DNA of 64,000 nt from a virus (Duplodnaviria > Caudoviricetes): IMG/VR virus record IMGVR_UViG_2671180615_000003, positions 18,105-82,104 of that record. One strand, 5' to 3'. Positions 9,425-19,557 of this stretch are shown piece by piece. Position 1 is the stretch's first letter. Every line of letters starts with the position of its first letter. The position numbers and the translations under genes are program-made. The notes under the pieces were generated by a model. It ran no database searches. It was not told where the DNA came from and saw nothing but the letters and a program-made list of their open reading frames with translations.

Positions 9425-10135
9425 TTACATGTTTCTTTTAATCTCATTTCCCAAAGTAACTATCGAAAAATATCTACTTGTTAGTTCGTTATGAATTTCA
9501 TGAAACTTTAGATATCTATCCATAAAATCATCACGAATATTTTTGATTTCTTCTTCGTGGATTTTTCTACCTATATCGTCTTTTATTAATTTACCTTCTC
9601 GATAAGTATTAAATTCCATAATATTTAAATGGTTAAGAGCTACGTTTAGCTTTGCATAATACATCCCAACATTTTTTTTAAAATCTATTACTAACTGATT
9701 TTTTTCATCAATTTCAACTAAAAGGATTCCTAAGAGATCCCTATACTCTAATAAAATTAATCTTTCAGAAAAATTTTCAAACTCAATATTACAGTTGATA
9801 TTTTCTTTAAAAATTCTATTTACGTATTTACCAATTGTCGTTTCAACTTCTTTGAGTATTTTTTTAATTTCATCAATACTATTGAATTGTTCTTTTATGT
9901 GATACTCAACCCTCCAGTCGTTAAATAAAACAAATGCAGCAATTGGGGCAAGAAATGCAGCACCTATGGTTAGACTATCTTTTAAAACATCATAAGCAAG
10001 TTTTTTATCCAGAAGGTACTGGTGTAGTGGAAATGAACTTAGTATAAAAAAACTGATCAATAAGTAGCCCAATATTCCACCACCAACAAAGTAGCCAACT
10101 CTTTTAATTTTATCTTCTAATTTTTTTCTAGCCAT
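9425..10135 (-). CDS. Membrane-anchored moron protein
   Basis: Two N-terminal TM segments, helical C-terminus, very low GC, terminator at ~9400-9422. Confidence 0.75.
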   Translation of the reverse strand: MARKKLEDKIKRVGYFVGGGILGYLLISFFILSSFPLHQYLLDKKLAYDVLKDSLTIGAAFLAPIAAFVLFNDWRVEYHIKEQFNSIDEIKKILKEVETTIGKYVNRIFKENINCNIEFENFSERLILLEYRDLLGILLVEIDEKNQLVIDFKKNVGMYYAKLNVALNHLNIMEFNTYREGKLIKDDIGRKIHEEEIKNIRDDFMDRYLKFHEIHNELTSRYFSIVTLGNEIKRNM

Positions 10136-10172
10136 ATATCCCCCTAATTTAGAAGGATATTAGACCAAGTAA

Positions 10173-10541
10173 TCAAACCTTCCTCAACTGACATTTCCAA
10201 ATAGTTACAGCGGGATCCTGTTGAATGTGTTTGACACGAAAAGTACCTAAAGGTGTAACCCACTCATCTTCCATAATGGGCACCATTGTCACTTCATTTT
10301 GAAGCACAATCGCTTTCTTATCTGTTGCCAGTACTCCAAGGGTTTGGATTTCATATTGACTGTATGAGCCAAATAGAACTCCACGGCCTGAATAGTTTTC
10401 TTTAACTTCAACATAAGTTTCTGACTTAGGATCCCAATTCTTTTTAGATACCCGTTCACATGTAAAGGTATGCACGGCATCTGCTAGATCTTCATTAAAT
10501 GCTTCAGCAAGATCTGCCTGAAGTTCGTCACGTAAACCCAT
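10173..10541 (-). CDS. Head closure / head-tail joining protein
   Basis: Position; WDP..E.Y and QDPA...W.CQLR patterns. Confidence 0.7.
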   Translation of the reverse strand: MGLRDELQADLAEAFNEDLADAVHTFTCERVSKKNWDPKSETYVEVKENYSGRGVLFGSYSQYEIQTLGVLATDKKAIVLQNEVTMVPIMEDEWVTPLGTFRVKHIQQDPAVTIWKCQLRKV

Positions 10542-10921
10542 TAGATTTTCCTAACAAAAAATATGCGTTTCCGTTTGCAATATGGTTTGATCAAATCAAG
10601 AATATATTGCTCAGTCGCACTCAGTTTTACTGATCCGTCCTGGTATTCCTTTTCAGTTTCTACCGTATCTGCCTTCACTTTCTTGCGCTTTAATACCTGT
10701 TCTTGGCCTTGATATAGTTCACCCTTCATGATGCCCTTTATGACTTCAAATGAAGCTGATTTAAGGGCTTTGGGTACTATGGTTGTGTCTTCATAAGGCT
10801 TAACATTACGCGCTAACAAGTAAGCTTCTGACTTTTCGAGATAGTCAGCTTTATCACTGGCAGATAAAGCATCAAAGCCTGCAACACGTTCAATTGCTTC
10901 TTGTTCAGTGATAAAGCTCAT
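10541..10921 (-). CDS. Head-tail adaptor
   Basis: Position after capsid; KRKKVKAD.VETEKEY motif. Confidence 0.7.
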   Translation of the reverse strand: MSFITEQEAIERVAGFDALSASDKADYLEKSEAYLLARNVKPYEDTTIVPKALKSASFEVIKGIMKGELYQGQEQVLKRKKVKADTVETEKEYQDGSVKLSATEQYILDLIKPYCKRKRIFFVRKI

Positions 10922-10924
10922 GGA

Positions 10925-11299
10925 TTATTCCTTTGGAAGTAATGCTAATAGTTCGTCTTTTTTAGCACCTGATTCAAATGCAATACCCTTTTCAGTTAAC
11001 ACCGCTCGAAGCTCATCAACTTTAAGTCCGGCATAATTAATAGACTGCACTTGGTCGTCACCAGTGTTTTGATTATCTTCAGGGTTTTGGTTACCTTGAT
11101 CTTGCTGATTTTCGCCATCTGGCGTTTGTTTTCCTTCACCCAATTCAAGCTCAGCAATACGTGCTTTCATTGCTTCAGGATTATTCTGGAATGCAATAAA
11201 TTCACCTTTCAATGTTGCTAGTTGATCTTCTAACTCATTTATTTTAGCTTCAGTCATTTGTTGTCTTTCCCGTGCACGGTTAAATGATGAAAGTCCCAT
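10925..11299 (-). CDS. Capsid-associated protein with C-terminal HeH/LEM-like motif
   Basis: LKVDELRAVL..KGI....AKKDELLALL. Confidence 0.75.
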   Translation of the reverse strand: MGLSSFNRARERQQMTEAKINELEDQLATLKGEFIAFQNNPEAMKARIAELELGEGKQTPDGENQQDQGNQNPEDNQNTGDDQVQSINYAGLKVDELRAVLTEKGIAFESGAKKDELLALLPKE

Positions 11300-11342
11300 G
11301 TAAGGATCTCCAAAAAATAAGGCGGTGTTACCCGCCTTTTAG

Positions 11343-12293
11343 TTATTTGATTTTGTGTTTAAAAGCCACGATACGGATCTGTTTAGGATCGTAAACACGT
11401 TCCCAGTTGGTGCCGGTTGCAAGCCCAGAATTTTTAGGTGCAATTCCATTTGGTCCTGCCCATTTAACACCACGTGGATGCAGCACAAAGTGACGGCGGT
11501 TAATCAAGATATCTACACCAGCAAGACTATCGCGATCAGTTTCAACCGCATTTGGCGCACCAATATCTTGGAAGCCAACAGCACCTTGACCAAATAGAAA
11601 GGAAGTAAATACATCACCATCCACAGGCATGCCATCATCAACAATCACACGGCGATCCATAAAGGTTTTGTAGAGCAAAACCCCATCAGCATCACGCACG
11701 GTTTCAATCAACCCCTGCTTAGATAAAGCTGACATAGTGAATGAATGCATTGAAATCGCCGTTAATTTATCGACCGCATCGCCAAGCTTATATGACGCAT
11801 CAACAAAAGAGTGACCATCAATAACCGCTGCGGCCCCTACGCCAGCTGAAATATCATGTACGTTACTTGCCATACTTGCAGCACCAAAAACACCTTTGAG
11901 GGTATTCACGGTAAACCCTTGGAACTCACGCGCCCAATAATCTGCTACTAGATCACCAACCGCTCCGAGTGGATCGTCACCAGATAAGGCCTTTGCTAGA
12001 TCATTAGCCCCCCATGCCTTACCACGAGCATGAAGAATTGCAATATCTTGACCCGATGTGATGTTATTTACAGATAAAGGGGTTTGATCTGAGAGAACTT
12101 CAGATTCACCACTTAAATCGTTCCAAAAAGGGATATTTACAGTAGTACCGCCCTTAGTTCCGAAAGCGACTTCTTCATCAAGATCCCCAACAATGCCAGA
12201 CTGCCATAAGGTAGATTTCTCAGCTGTTTTGTTTAAAACATACGGAGTGAATAACTCAGGTACGATTACATCAGCAATTTTGGTATCACCCAT
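11343..12293 (-). CDS. Major capsid protein
   Basis: TKIADVIVPELF, NIPFWNDL, RRHFVLHPRG; follows scaffold. Confidence 0.9.
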   Translation of the reverse strand: MGDTKIADVIVPELFTPYVLNKTAEKSTLWQSGIVGDLDEEVAFGTKGGTTVNIPFWNDLSGESEVLSDQTPLSVNNITSGQDIAILHARGKAWGANDLAKALSGDDPLGAVGDLVADYWAREFQGFTVNTLKGVFGAASMASNVHDISAGVGAAAVIDGHSFVDASYKLGDAVDKLTAISMHSFTMSALSKQGLIETVRDADGVLLYKTFMDRRVIVDDGMPVDGDVFTSFLFGQGAVGFQDIGAPNAVETDRDSLAGVDILINRRHFVLHPRGVKWAGPNGIAPKNSGLATGTNWERVYDPKQIRIVAFKHKIK

Positions 12294-12306
12294 TAGGCTT
12301 TACTCC

Positions 12307-13104
12307 TTAAAGTTTAATATTGTGTTTTGCAGCTAGTTCTTTAGCTAACTGCGGATTTTCATTTCGTAATTGCGCCAATTTGGTTAAATTCACTGAACCA
12401 TCTGGTTTAAGAATGTCGACCTGACCTTTTGAATTGTTACTACCTGGTGCGCCCATACCATTTGGTTTAGGCCAGTAGTAAGGCTTTTGCTCACGTAGAG
12501 ATTCAACCCACTCTTTTGGCGATAATGCTGTCTGGCCATCTTTGCCAATAATCACTTCGCCGTTTTCGTCAACAGCAACAGCTTTGCCGTTTTCATCTAA
12601 TGCAAACTTTGATTTAGCTAAAAACGCAATGTCACCTGTAGCTTCAGGTAATGCTTCAAGCTCTACAGCCGCTTGAACGATTTGTCCTTGAATTACTGAT
12701 TCCTTAAACTTATTTGCATAAGCTTCAGCTTTGTCAGCACGGTCTTTTTCGGCTTTAAGTACCTTTTCATGTTCTTCACGCATCTTCTCGGTGCGCTTCT
12801 GAATCACTTCGGTAATTTTGCCTTCAGCGATTAGCTTGGCTTCTTCATCTTGATCAATCTGAGAAAAGACCTTTTTAACAATTTCAGGATCAATCCCTTC
12901 GAACTGTTTTTGAAGTTTCTGGAGTTCTTGTTTTGCAGTCTTAGCAGCATCACGCTCGCTTTGAAGTGCTGTTTTCAAGCCCTTAGGATCTTCATAGCCG
13001 TCTAAATCGAGGCGAAACTTCCCGTTTTCCTCAACATATAAAGCACGGTGCTCCTCTTTGATGGCATCAAGTGAATCAACAATAAATGGCAATGACATGT
13101 TCAA
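12307..13104 (-). CDS. Capsid scaffolding protein
   Basis: Coiled-coil, acidic, upstream of capsid. Confidence 0.8.
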   Translation of the reverse strand: MNMSLPFIVDSLDAIKEEHRALYVEENGKFRLDLDGYEDPKGLKTALQSERDAAKTAKQELQKLQKQFEGIDPEIVKKVFSQIDQDEEAKLIAEGKITEVIQKRTEKMREEHEKVLKAEKDRADKAEAYANKFKESVIQGQIVQAAVELEALPEATGDIAFLAKSKFALDENGKAVAVDENGEVIIGKDGQTALSPKEWVESLREQKPYYWPKPNGMGAPGSNNSKGQVDILKPDGSVNLTKLAQLRNENPQLAKELAAKHNIKL

Positions 13105-13188
13105 ACCTCTCGTTTGATTTGGATAAAGCCTTATCTCAAGGCATTAAAAAAGCGCCCTAAGGACGCTGTATTTCGCTCAAATATTTAA

Positions 13189-13380
13189 TTATTTACTTAC
13201 AGCTTGGCGCACAAATGCATCTTTGGCTTCAAGTAGTTTTCGTAATCCCGTTGATTTTTCAGGACCATCAGGCAACAGTTCATCCATTTGCTTAGCTAAA
13301 TCACCTATTGGCTTGCTAACTTGCTGCAAATGTTCTGGTAAGTGTTCATACTTAAAATATTGGATAATTGGACTTTGCAT
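13189..13380 (-). CDS. 63-aa helical-hairpin protein, Acb2/Tad1-like
   Basis: LPDGPEKSTGLRKLLEAKDAFVR; flanked by terminators. Confidence 0.65.
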   Translation of the reverse strand: MQSPIIQYFKYEHLPEHLQQVSKPIGDLAKQMDELLPDGPEKSTGLRKLLEAKDAFVRQAVSK

Positions 13381-13438
13381 ATTTATTACTCACAAAAAAA
13401 GAGCCTTTTGGCTCTTTGGTTAACAATTACAAAAACGA

Positions 13439-13948
13439 TCAACTGATTTTTAAAAATAATTCACGATTGATATATTCATCTCTCAACTCTTTAATGAACC
13501 TTAACTTATATCCGCGTTCAAACTTTGTTTTGAGCTTCTTGAAGGGTATGAATCTATACCAGTCTGGATAAATGATTAAGTCATCTATTTTTTTTCCTCC
13601 TATAAATTTAATATTTACGATTTTTAATAAATTTTCATTCATAGGAGAAGGTATAAATTCCCTCCATCTATTAATGGGAAGATAAGTTTCCCTTTGTATG
13701 TATTGCGTATAAAGAACATTTTTCTTCATTTTAAAAACAGGTAATTCATTATTAATTACCTCCTGAACAGGGCCTAACCACTCTAAAATCAGTTCAGCTC
13801 CATTACCTTTTAAAGTTGTATTTCTGAGTTGACTTACATGTACATAACCATTCAGCCCGTCATCATCTTTCATGACGTTACCAATAAAATTTTTGGTTAT
13901 TATCACTTTTACGGCTCTTTCTGGTGAAGTTCGATGATAAAATCTCAT
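13439..13948 (-). CDS. Hypothetical basic moron protein
   Basis: Low-GC ORF between minor head and scaffold; starts FYHRTS. Confidence 0.6.
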   Translation of the reverse strand: MRFYHRTSPERAVKVIITKNFIGNVMKDDDGLNGYVHVSQLRNTTLKGNGAELILEWLGPVQEVINNELPVFKMKKNVLYTQYIQRETYLPINRWREFIPSPMNENLLKIVNIKFIGGKKIDDLIIYPDWYRFIPFKKLKTKFERGYKLRFIKELRDEYINRELFLKIS

Positions 13949-14007
13949 ATATTGTTGAATAGAGTTTGTGTTATAGGAACTTATAACACATTACTTGTAC
14001 CCTAATT

Positions 14008-15111
14008 CTACAATCCCAACTCCTTAAATGTTTTCTCATCCAACTTACGAAGTTGGTCCAGTGTGTATAACCGCCCTTCCGGATCGAAGAACTTTTCAAA
14101 ATCAAACTTTCCTTCTTTATAAAGTTTGTACCTCTTTGGCCCTAACCACTCTTTCTGAAAGAAGTCATCTGTCTTTTTGAAGAACTCTCTAAACGTCGTA
14201 TTAGCATCCAATTGGCCAATAAGTTGGCTACGCTCCTCTTTGGGTATGTCTTTAACTTTCCGCTCATCCATCACAAACGGACGTTCTCCTACCAGAAGCC
14301 CATCTTTCTCAACTGGTATGAGAATGCTTCTGCAGTGTGGATGTAAAGGCGGCACCCGTTTTGCTGGGTCATTAATTTTCCAAACGGTACCATCCAGTGA
14401 GGCACATAGTTTTGATGTTCTACCATCCAACGTTGCTACCAGCTTTACGTATTCAAAGCCGATCTGGTTAAAGCTACTGAGGTAAGCTTGATTAGCAACA
14501 TGACTCCTAACTGTTCTTACCGTCCGATCGATATCAGACTTACTGCTGGTTAAGATGCCGTCTTCATAATTAAGGCGTTTAGTCCCCCCGATGCGCTGAA
14601 CAATTTGCTGATTCGTTTTACCTGAACTAATCCCATCCCGAATCGCATATTCAACCTTTTGACGAGCACTTTCAGCCAACTTTGTTAAAAGGTCATCGAC
14701 CAAGGCCCCGCCTACTAAAGGGACTTTTTTAGCAGACTTATAAAGCATGTCTCCATTGGGCTGTTTAATCTTTCCGCCGTATAGTTTTGACGTGTAGTTG
14801 GCCTCATATACCGCTAATGCTGTAGCAGAAACCGCGAATGCTTCAGGTAGTGAAGTATTAATTGCCGTAAACCACTGAGAAATTAAATCCCGAATCTCTT
14901 TGAGGTTTGTAGTTGTGTATTGGCCACTAGCAAGAGCCACCTTTTCAGAATCATTTAACTCATCCAACAAATCTCGAAGCTTTGCCAGCATCAAGGCTGA
15001 CTCAGCATTAAAGATTGTTAATAATTCATTAACTGATTGAGAAGAAGTTCGATATAAATATGCTTGATGTTGTGTAAGTACTTCGATCAAGGTTTTATCT
15101 TTTGAAGTCAT
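14008..15111 (-). CDS. Minor head protein (Mu F / SPP1 gp7 family)
   Basis: ATLDGRTS..C..LDG and PPLHPHCRS motifs. Confidence 0.92.
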   Translation of the reverse strand: MTSKDKTLIEVLTQHQAYLYRTSSQSVNELLTIFNAESALMLAKLRDLLDELNDSEKVALASGQYTTTNLKEIRDLISQWFTAINTSLPEAFAVSATALAVYEANYTSKLYGGKIKQPNGDMLYKSAKKVPLVGGALVDDLLTKLAESARQKVEYAIRDGISSGKTNQQIVQRIGGTKRLNYEDGILTSSKSDIDRTVRTVRSHVANQAYLSSFNQIGFEYVKLVATLDGRTSKLCASLDGTVWKINDPAKRVPPLHPHCRSILIPVEKDGLLVGERPFVMDERKVKDIPKEERSQLIGQLDANTTFREFFKKTDDFFQKEWLGPKRYKLYKEGKFDFEKFFDPEGRLYTLDQLRKLDEKTFKELGL

Positions 15112-15120
15112 ATCTCACCT

Positions 15121-16470
15121 CTACAACGGCATACTATCGCGCTCACTTTCAACACGCTTCAGCTCTTCCTTAAAGTCATGAGCTGGTAACTTCCCAGTAG
15201 CGATATATTCCCAATACGTCTGAAAAGAGTTCTTTCCAGAAATAGCACCTTCATAAAGCTGCTTAGCCAGATTGATATCGTATTTCTGGACAATAAACTC
15301 AGGCTCTACTGTGAATGCATTTTTAGAAGGATCAAGCTTTAGCCATTGAGCAGCATATTTAATAGCTTGTTCAATTGCTGCCGCTGCACACATCACAATA
15401 CTGTGTAGACTCGCATGCTGATCATCCTGACGGGCACGGCGTGCTTCACCTGATTCTTGTGTATTGGTGTCTACAACTTTAGCTCCAGCTTCAAGAGCAG
15501 CGTTTTTTTGGGAATCCATTTCCTGCTTGGTTAACTCAATTCCATTACCTGAAATTTCTAAATAACCGCATTGTGATTCCTTAGGTAAACTCCAGACAGC
15601 CATAACTCCTGTAACACTAATATCATCATCGTCTTCATCCCCATCTAAACCATTAATCCAAGGTTGAGGATGTGCTGTGTGATGAAGTGACTGGAAATAG
15701 TCCGCGCTTAGCTGGTAATGCTTCAGTGCTGCTTTAGCCATAGTTAAAAGAGGGACTGTGCCAACATCGGGCGAATTATCAGTGGCACCGCAGAATACAA
15801 ACGGCGTGAACGATAGCTGATTACCGCCCAAAGTAGGCGTTTTATCTTCTTCAGTTGATCCATCAAACAAGCGAACTACTAAGGCCCCGTCAATCATGGA
15901 TAAAACACGATGAACCGTTTTAGTATCATGACCAAACTCATCTTCACTGTTATCAAATTGCTCCTCGAGCACTAACAGCTTCAGATCCTTACGTCCACCG
16001 ATACTGTTTTCTTTCCAATTGATGATAGATAAAGCATCATATAACGCAAAATAAGGAACACTTTTATCATCGACATCTACCATCAATCCGCAGCGGCCAA
16101 ATACTAATAGCTCCAGACAAATACGAATGAAAAGCTGTTTTAATCCAAACCCATCATTAGTTGCGTTATCAATCAGTCCTTTGAGCAAAGAGCTTTCAAT
16201 CACAATATTCGGCTCTAGCTTTGAAACTAAACCAATCATTGTACGTAATGAATCTTGAACCCATAAAGGATATTGAGCACGGCTTAGATAAGCTTTATAA
16301 ATCTCTCCGGTTGTATCACCCTGCTTTTCAGCTTCGATCATCCCTGCCGATTTAGAGAGGTATTTGGTCTGTGCCTGTTTGATCTGCTCTTCGCCAGCTA
16401 CGGCATCACGCATAATTATCCAAGCAATTTGCGCAGCAATATACTGCGGATGTTTATCAGTAACTGCCAT
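15121..16470 (-). CDS. Portal protein (DUF4055-like)
   Basis: 449 aa directly after terminase; YKAYLSRA, HYQLSADY. Confidence 0.85.
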   Translation of the reverse strand: MAVTDKHPQYIAAQIAWIIMRDAVAGEEQIKQAQTKYLSKSAGMIEAEKQGDTTGEIYKAYLSRAQYPLWVQDSLRTMIGLVSKLEPNIVIESSLLKGLIDNATNDGFGLKQLFIRICLELLVFGRCGLMVDVDDKSVPYFALYDALSIINWKENSIGGRKDLKLLVLEEQFDNSEDEFGHDTKTVHRVLSMIDGALVVRLFDGSTEEDKTPTLGGNQLSFTPFVFCGATDNSPDVGTVPLLTMAKAALKHYQLSADYFQSLHHTAHPQPWINGLDGDEDDDDISVTGVMAVWSLPKESQCGYLEISGNGIELTKQEMDSQKNAALEAGAKVVDTNTQESGEARRARQDDQHASLHSIVMCAAAAIEQAIKYAAQWLKLDPSKNAFTVEPEFIVQKYDINLAKQLYEGAISGKNSFQTYWEYIATGKLPAHDFKEELKRVESERDSMPL

Positions 16471-16509
16471 AAAAACACCAATAAAAAAGCACCTATAAAG
16501 GTGCGTTGT

Positions 16510-17841
16510 TTAAGACATTCCGCGAATTCTACGTATGCCAATTGATTTTTTATCAATCGGGAATAAATACGCGATTGGATATGTACCAGCATCATTCATA
16601 TGGTCAAATCCTGATTTCTTATCAGGCTGACCATGATCATCATAAATTTGTCGCTCTAAGCATTTAGCAAAGTGCGGACATTTAGTCACGTTCACAAATA
16701 ATCTGCGCTCAGAGAATGTATTGCAAAGCATCCCATTCATTGAGTTGATACGGTCTTTAACTGCAGGGTTTCTATTATTTACGTGTACTTTAAATCCTGC
16801 CTTTCTGAGCAAAGCCAGATCCGTTTCACTTGCATTACTAGACTTACGGTTTTCACCTGAAGCATCCGGATAAACTGCAATTTCATGTTTAGGATAACGC
16901 TCCTGAATAGCTTCAATCATTGCTGGGGTGTCAAAGAGATTCACAAACTCATCAACAGCATGCATTTGCTCACCACGTCGAACATATACAACCGCAGCCA
17001 TTTTGGTTACGTTGAAGTCCATCCCCACATGAAGTACATCATTTGATTGAACTATTTCTGTCGATGCGCTTAATAAACGATTAAAACAGTAAAAGATAAC
17101 GCCTTGATAACTTTCAAAGCTTGCCTCATATTCCTGGCTAAATGTCTTAGGATCCATCTTGCGCTTAGCAACAATGATCTCTGACTCAGGAATATTTCCA
17201 CCTTGTAATGAGGTATAAGAAAAGCTTTTACAATCTGGTTCATGCCCCGGCTGACCATCCATGAAAGTGTCATAACAATGGTTAAAGCCTTTAGGTGTTC
17301 CAATCCTTAATACATGACCACCAACCCGCTGTTCACCATTAACTACATACTTACACGTAGACAGCATTGGGCGAAGTACTTCTTCCCATGCGGCCCATTT
17401 ACAATCCGCCCATTCATCAATAATTAAGAAAAATAAGCCAGAACCACGAAGGTCATCATAATTGTCCAACCCTACAACACGGATAACATGGCCACTTCTT
17501 AATGTAATTGAACATTCAGTCTCATTCGGCTTACCTGCTCGCCATGATGCAGGAATTGCTTGCTTTAAACGTTTCCAGAAAACCCGCTTAGCTTGCTTAA
17601 ATGTTGGCGCTGCATACCAAATTTCATCCTCAACAGAAACATTCCATTTAGCGGCAAGTCTGGCGGCCCTGCGCATTTCCGCTTTTGCTAGGAAGGTCTT
17701 ACCGAAACGACGGCCACAAACAGCATCGCGAAATCGGGCTTCTTTTTGCCAACCCCATAAATAGATATTTGCTTGTTTAGGTGTTAACTGAACTGAACCT
17801 TCTGGAGGATTAAAGAATTGGCTCATTTGGTATCTCCTCAT
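16510..17841 (-). CDS. terL: Terminase large subunit
   Basis: CGRRFGKT Walker A, LIIDE Walker B, GTPKG, GMDFN and DHMNDA nuclease motifs. Confidence 0.95.
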   Translation of the reverse strand: MRRYQMSQFFNPPEGSVQLTPKQANIYLWGWQKEARFRDAVCGRRFGKTFLAKAEMRRAARLAAKWNVSVEDEIWYAAPTFKQAKRVFWKRLKQAIPASWRAGKPNETECSITLRSGHVIRVVGLDNYDDLRGSGLFFLIIDEWADCKWAAWEEVLRPMLSTCKYVVNGEQRVGGHVLRIGTPKGFNHCYDTFMDGQPGHEPDCKSFSYTSLQGGNIPESEIIVAKRKMDPKTFSQEYEASFESYQGVIFYCFNRLLSASTEIVQSNDVLHVGMDFNVTKMAAVVYVRRGEQMHAVDEFVNLFDTPAMIEAIQERYPKHEIAVYPDASGENRKSSNASETDLALLRKAGFKVHVNNRNPAVKDRINSMNGMLCNTFSERRLFVNVTKCPHFAKCLERQIYDDHGQPDKKSGFDHMNDAGTYPIAYLFPIDKKSIGIRRIRGMS

Positions 17842-18367
17842 CAGGATTCAAAACAAGTTTGTAATCCTCTTCAGGTGGGCGATACTCTGGTGGATTCACT
17901 TCACGCTGTAACTTCTGAAGCTCAAGCTTTTTAATCTCCAGCTCCACTTCAGCTTTTGTTTGTCCTTCTTCATTAACTCTCCCCTTGCTTGCCTGATCGC
18001 CCTTCTTGTCATAAAACCCTTTGGTGATTTTTTGCATCTGGTCGACGATCTGGAGTGTCATTCTCACGTTATTTTTTTTGGACCACAGCAGATCATTCAG
18101 AATTTTCAACTGGACAATGTCATTTACACCGCTAATTTTATTAAGTGGCTGTTCAAGATACTCATCCCGAACTTTCTCAAAAAAATCTTTAAATTCCTTA
18201 CTTAAATCTCTACCCGCAACTTTAGTTGGATCGTAAGATTCTACTTGCTGCCTTGAAACTTCAATATCAAATTCTTCCTTGACGAGTGCTACTGTTTCTT
18301 GAGGAGTATTAAAAACAGCAAGTGACTGCACAATAAAGAGTTTTTGCTTTTTGTTTAAAGTCGCCAT
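17810..18367 (-). CDS. terS: Terminase small subunit (DUF2280-like)
   Basis: FIVQSLA.F.TP, SRQQVESYDPTK; overlaps terL. Confidence 0.8.
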   Translation of the reverse strand: MATLNKKQKLFIVQSLAVFNTPQETVALVKEEFDIEVSRQQVESYDPTKVAGRDLSKEFKDFFEKVRDEYLEQPLNKISGVNDIVQLKILNDLLWSKKNNVRMTLQIVDQMQKITKGFYDKKGDQASKGRVNEEGQTKAEVELEIKKLELQKLQREVNPPEYRPPEEDYKLVLNPDEEIPNEPIL

Positions 18368-18426
18368 TTCTCTCTATCCGTCAAGGTACGTCAAGGAAAC
18401 ATGGCAAAAAAAATGAGCCAAACGGC

Positions 18427-19068
18427 TCAACTTATTAAACATGTCCCACAACACTTGGAAATATTTACATCTGATACAAACGGCGCTTGCTTCGCCACTT
18501 CAATTAGTCGCTTCACGCTTTCGTCCGCTCCCCATCTTTTTACTACACCAACAAACTCTTCAACGTCATGGCCAGCTAAATAGTGTTTTGGTAAGCCAGT
18601 CATATCGCTATGAAGTGGTTCACCATCCCCGTCTCGCTCAACGCCAATGTGATAAAGCTCATGTTCGATTAAAGCGCAAAAGTCTCGGTCCGTAGCCTGA
18701 TCACAATAACTAGCATCAATGGTAATTAGATATACAGGCACATAGCCAAACCAATCACGCATTTGCTGCTCTTGTCGAGCTTTCTTCCACCCGCCTTGGT
18801 TGAACATCACCTTTTCGCATTGACCTAGAACCATACGCTTTTTAGCAACACATGCGGATGAAGCCCATGCACAAGCTAAAAACTCTTCATTGTCGTGAAG
18901 TAACTCAGCAATATGATCGTGATCTGGGTTATGTAGTGGTCCACCTATCGTTAAGTAGTTAGCAATAACCCATTTTTTTAAATCAGGTGCCGGTATTAAA
19001 CGAATTGCTTCCTCTTCTTCGGCCTGATCAATAAAGTCAGTTGGTGGGAATGGTCTGATCTGATCCAT
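18427..19068 (-). CDS. Putative phage metallopeptidase
   Basis: HELYH (HExxH) and HDVEEF. Confidence 0.8.
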   Translation of the reverse strand: MDQIRPFPPTDFIDQAEEEEAIRLIPAPDLKKWVIANYLTIGGPLHNPDHDHIAELLHDNEEFLACAWASSACVAKKRMVLGQCEKVMFNQGGWKKARQEQQMRDWFGYVPVYLITIDASYCDQATDRDFCALIEHELYHIGVERDGDGEPLHSDMTGLPKHYLAGHDVEEFVGVVKRWGADESVKRLIEVAKQAPFVSDVNISKCCGTCLIS

Positions 19069-19504
19069 TAAATATTTGCCTCTTTAAATTTTTAAGCCAT
19101 TGGCTAGCGTAATCTTTTCGCATCTGTAGCGGTCCTGTCTCATCTATCCGGTGCCTTGTCGCTGTCTCAATACGAACTACTGTGTAGCCCATCTCTTCAG
19201 CCACATCGTAACGATCAAGACTCCAAGCTTTATTCTTTAGCTTGCCCTTACGACCGCCAGACCAAGGGCCACCAGCAATTTCAACTAAAATACGATGTTC
19301 AATTAAATGAAAATCAAACCGCCAATGCTTTGTAGACTTAAACTGGAATTTCTTTTCATACTTAATTCCCAGATTATCTAAAGTTTCTGTTAATTCCTCT
19401 TCTGCCTCTAGATACTTCTGTGTTGCTTTAGGCAGTGGTCTACTTTTAGGCTTGGTTTTAGGTTCTTTTTTTCTTGTAAGCCAAAAGTATTCGTTAGCTT
19501 CCAT
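19037..19504 (-). CDS. DUF559/Vsr-like endonuclease
   Basis: WRFDF...LVEIAGG.W. Confidence 0.7.
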   Translation of the reverse strand: MEANEYFWLTRKKEPKTKPKSRPLPKATQKYLEAEEELTETLDNLGIKYEKKFQFKSTKHWRFDFHLIEHRILVEIAGGPWSGGRKGKLKNKAWSLDRYDVAEEMGYTVVRIETATRHRIDETGPLQMRKDYASQWLKNLKRQIFNGSDQTIPTN

Positions 19505-19557
19505 ATTTCATCCAATAAAAAACCACCTCAAAGGTGGTTTTTTAAATATTAAAACTT

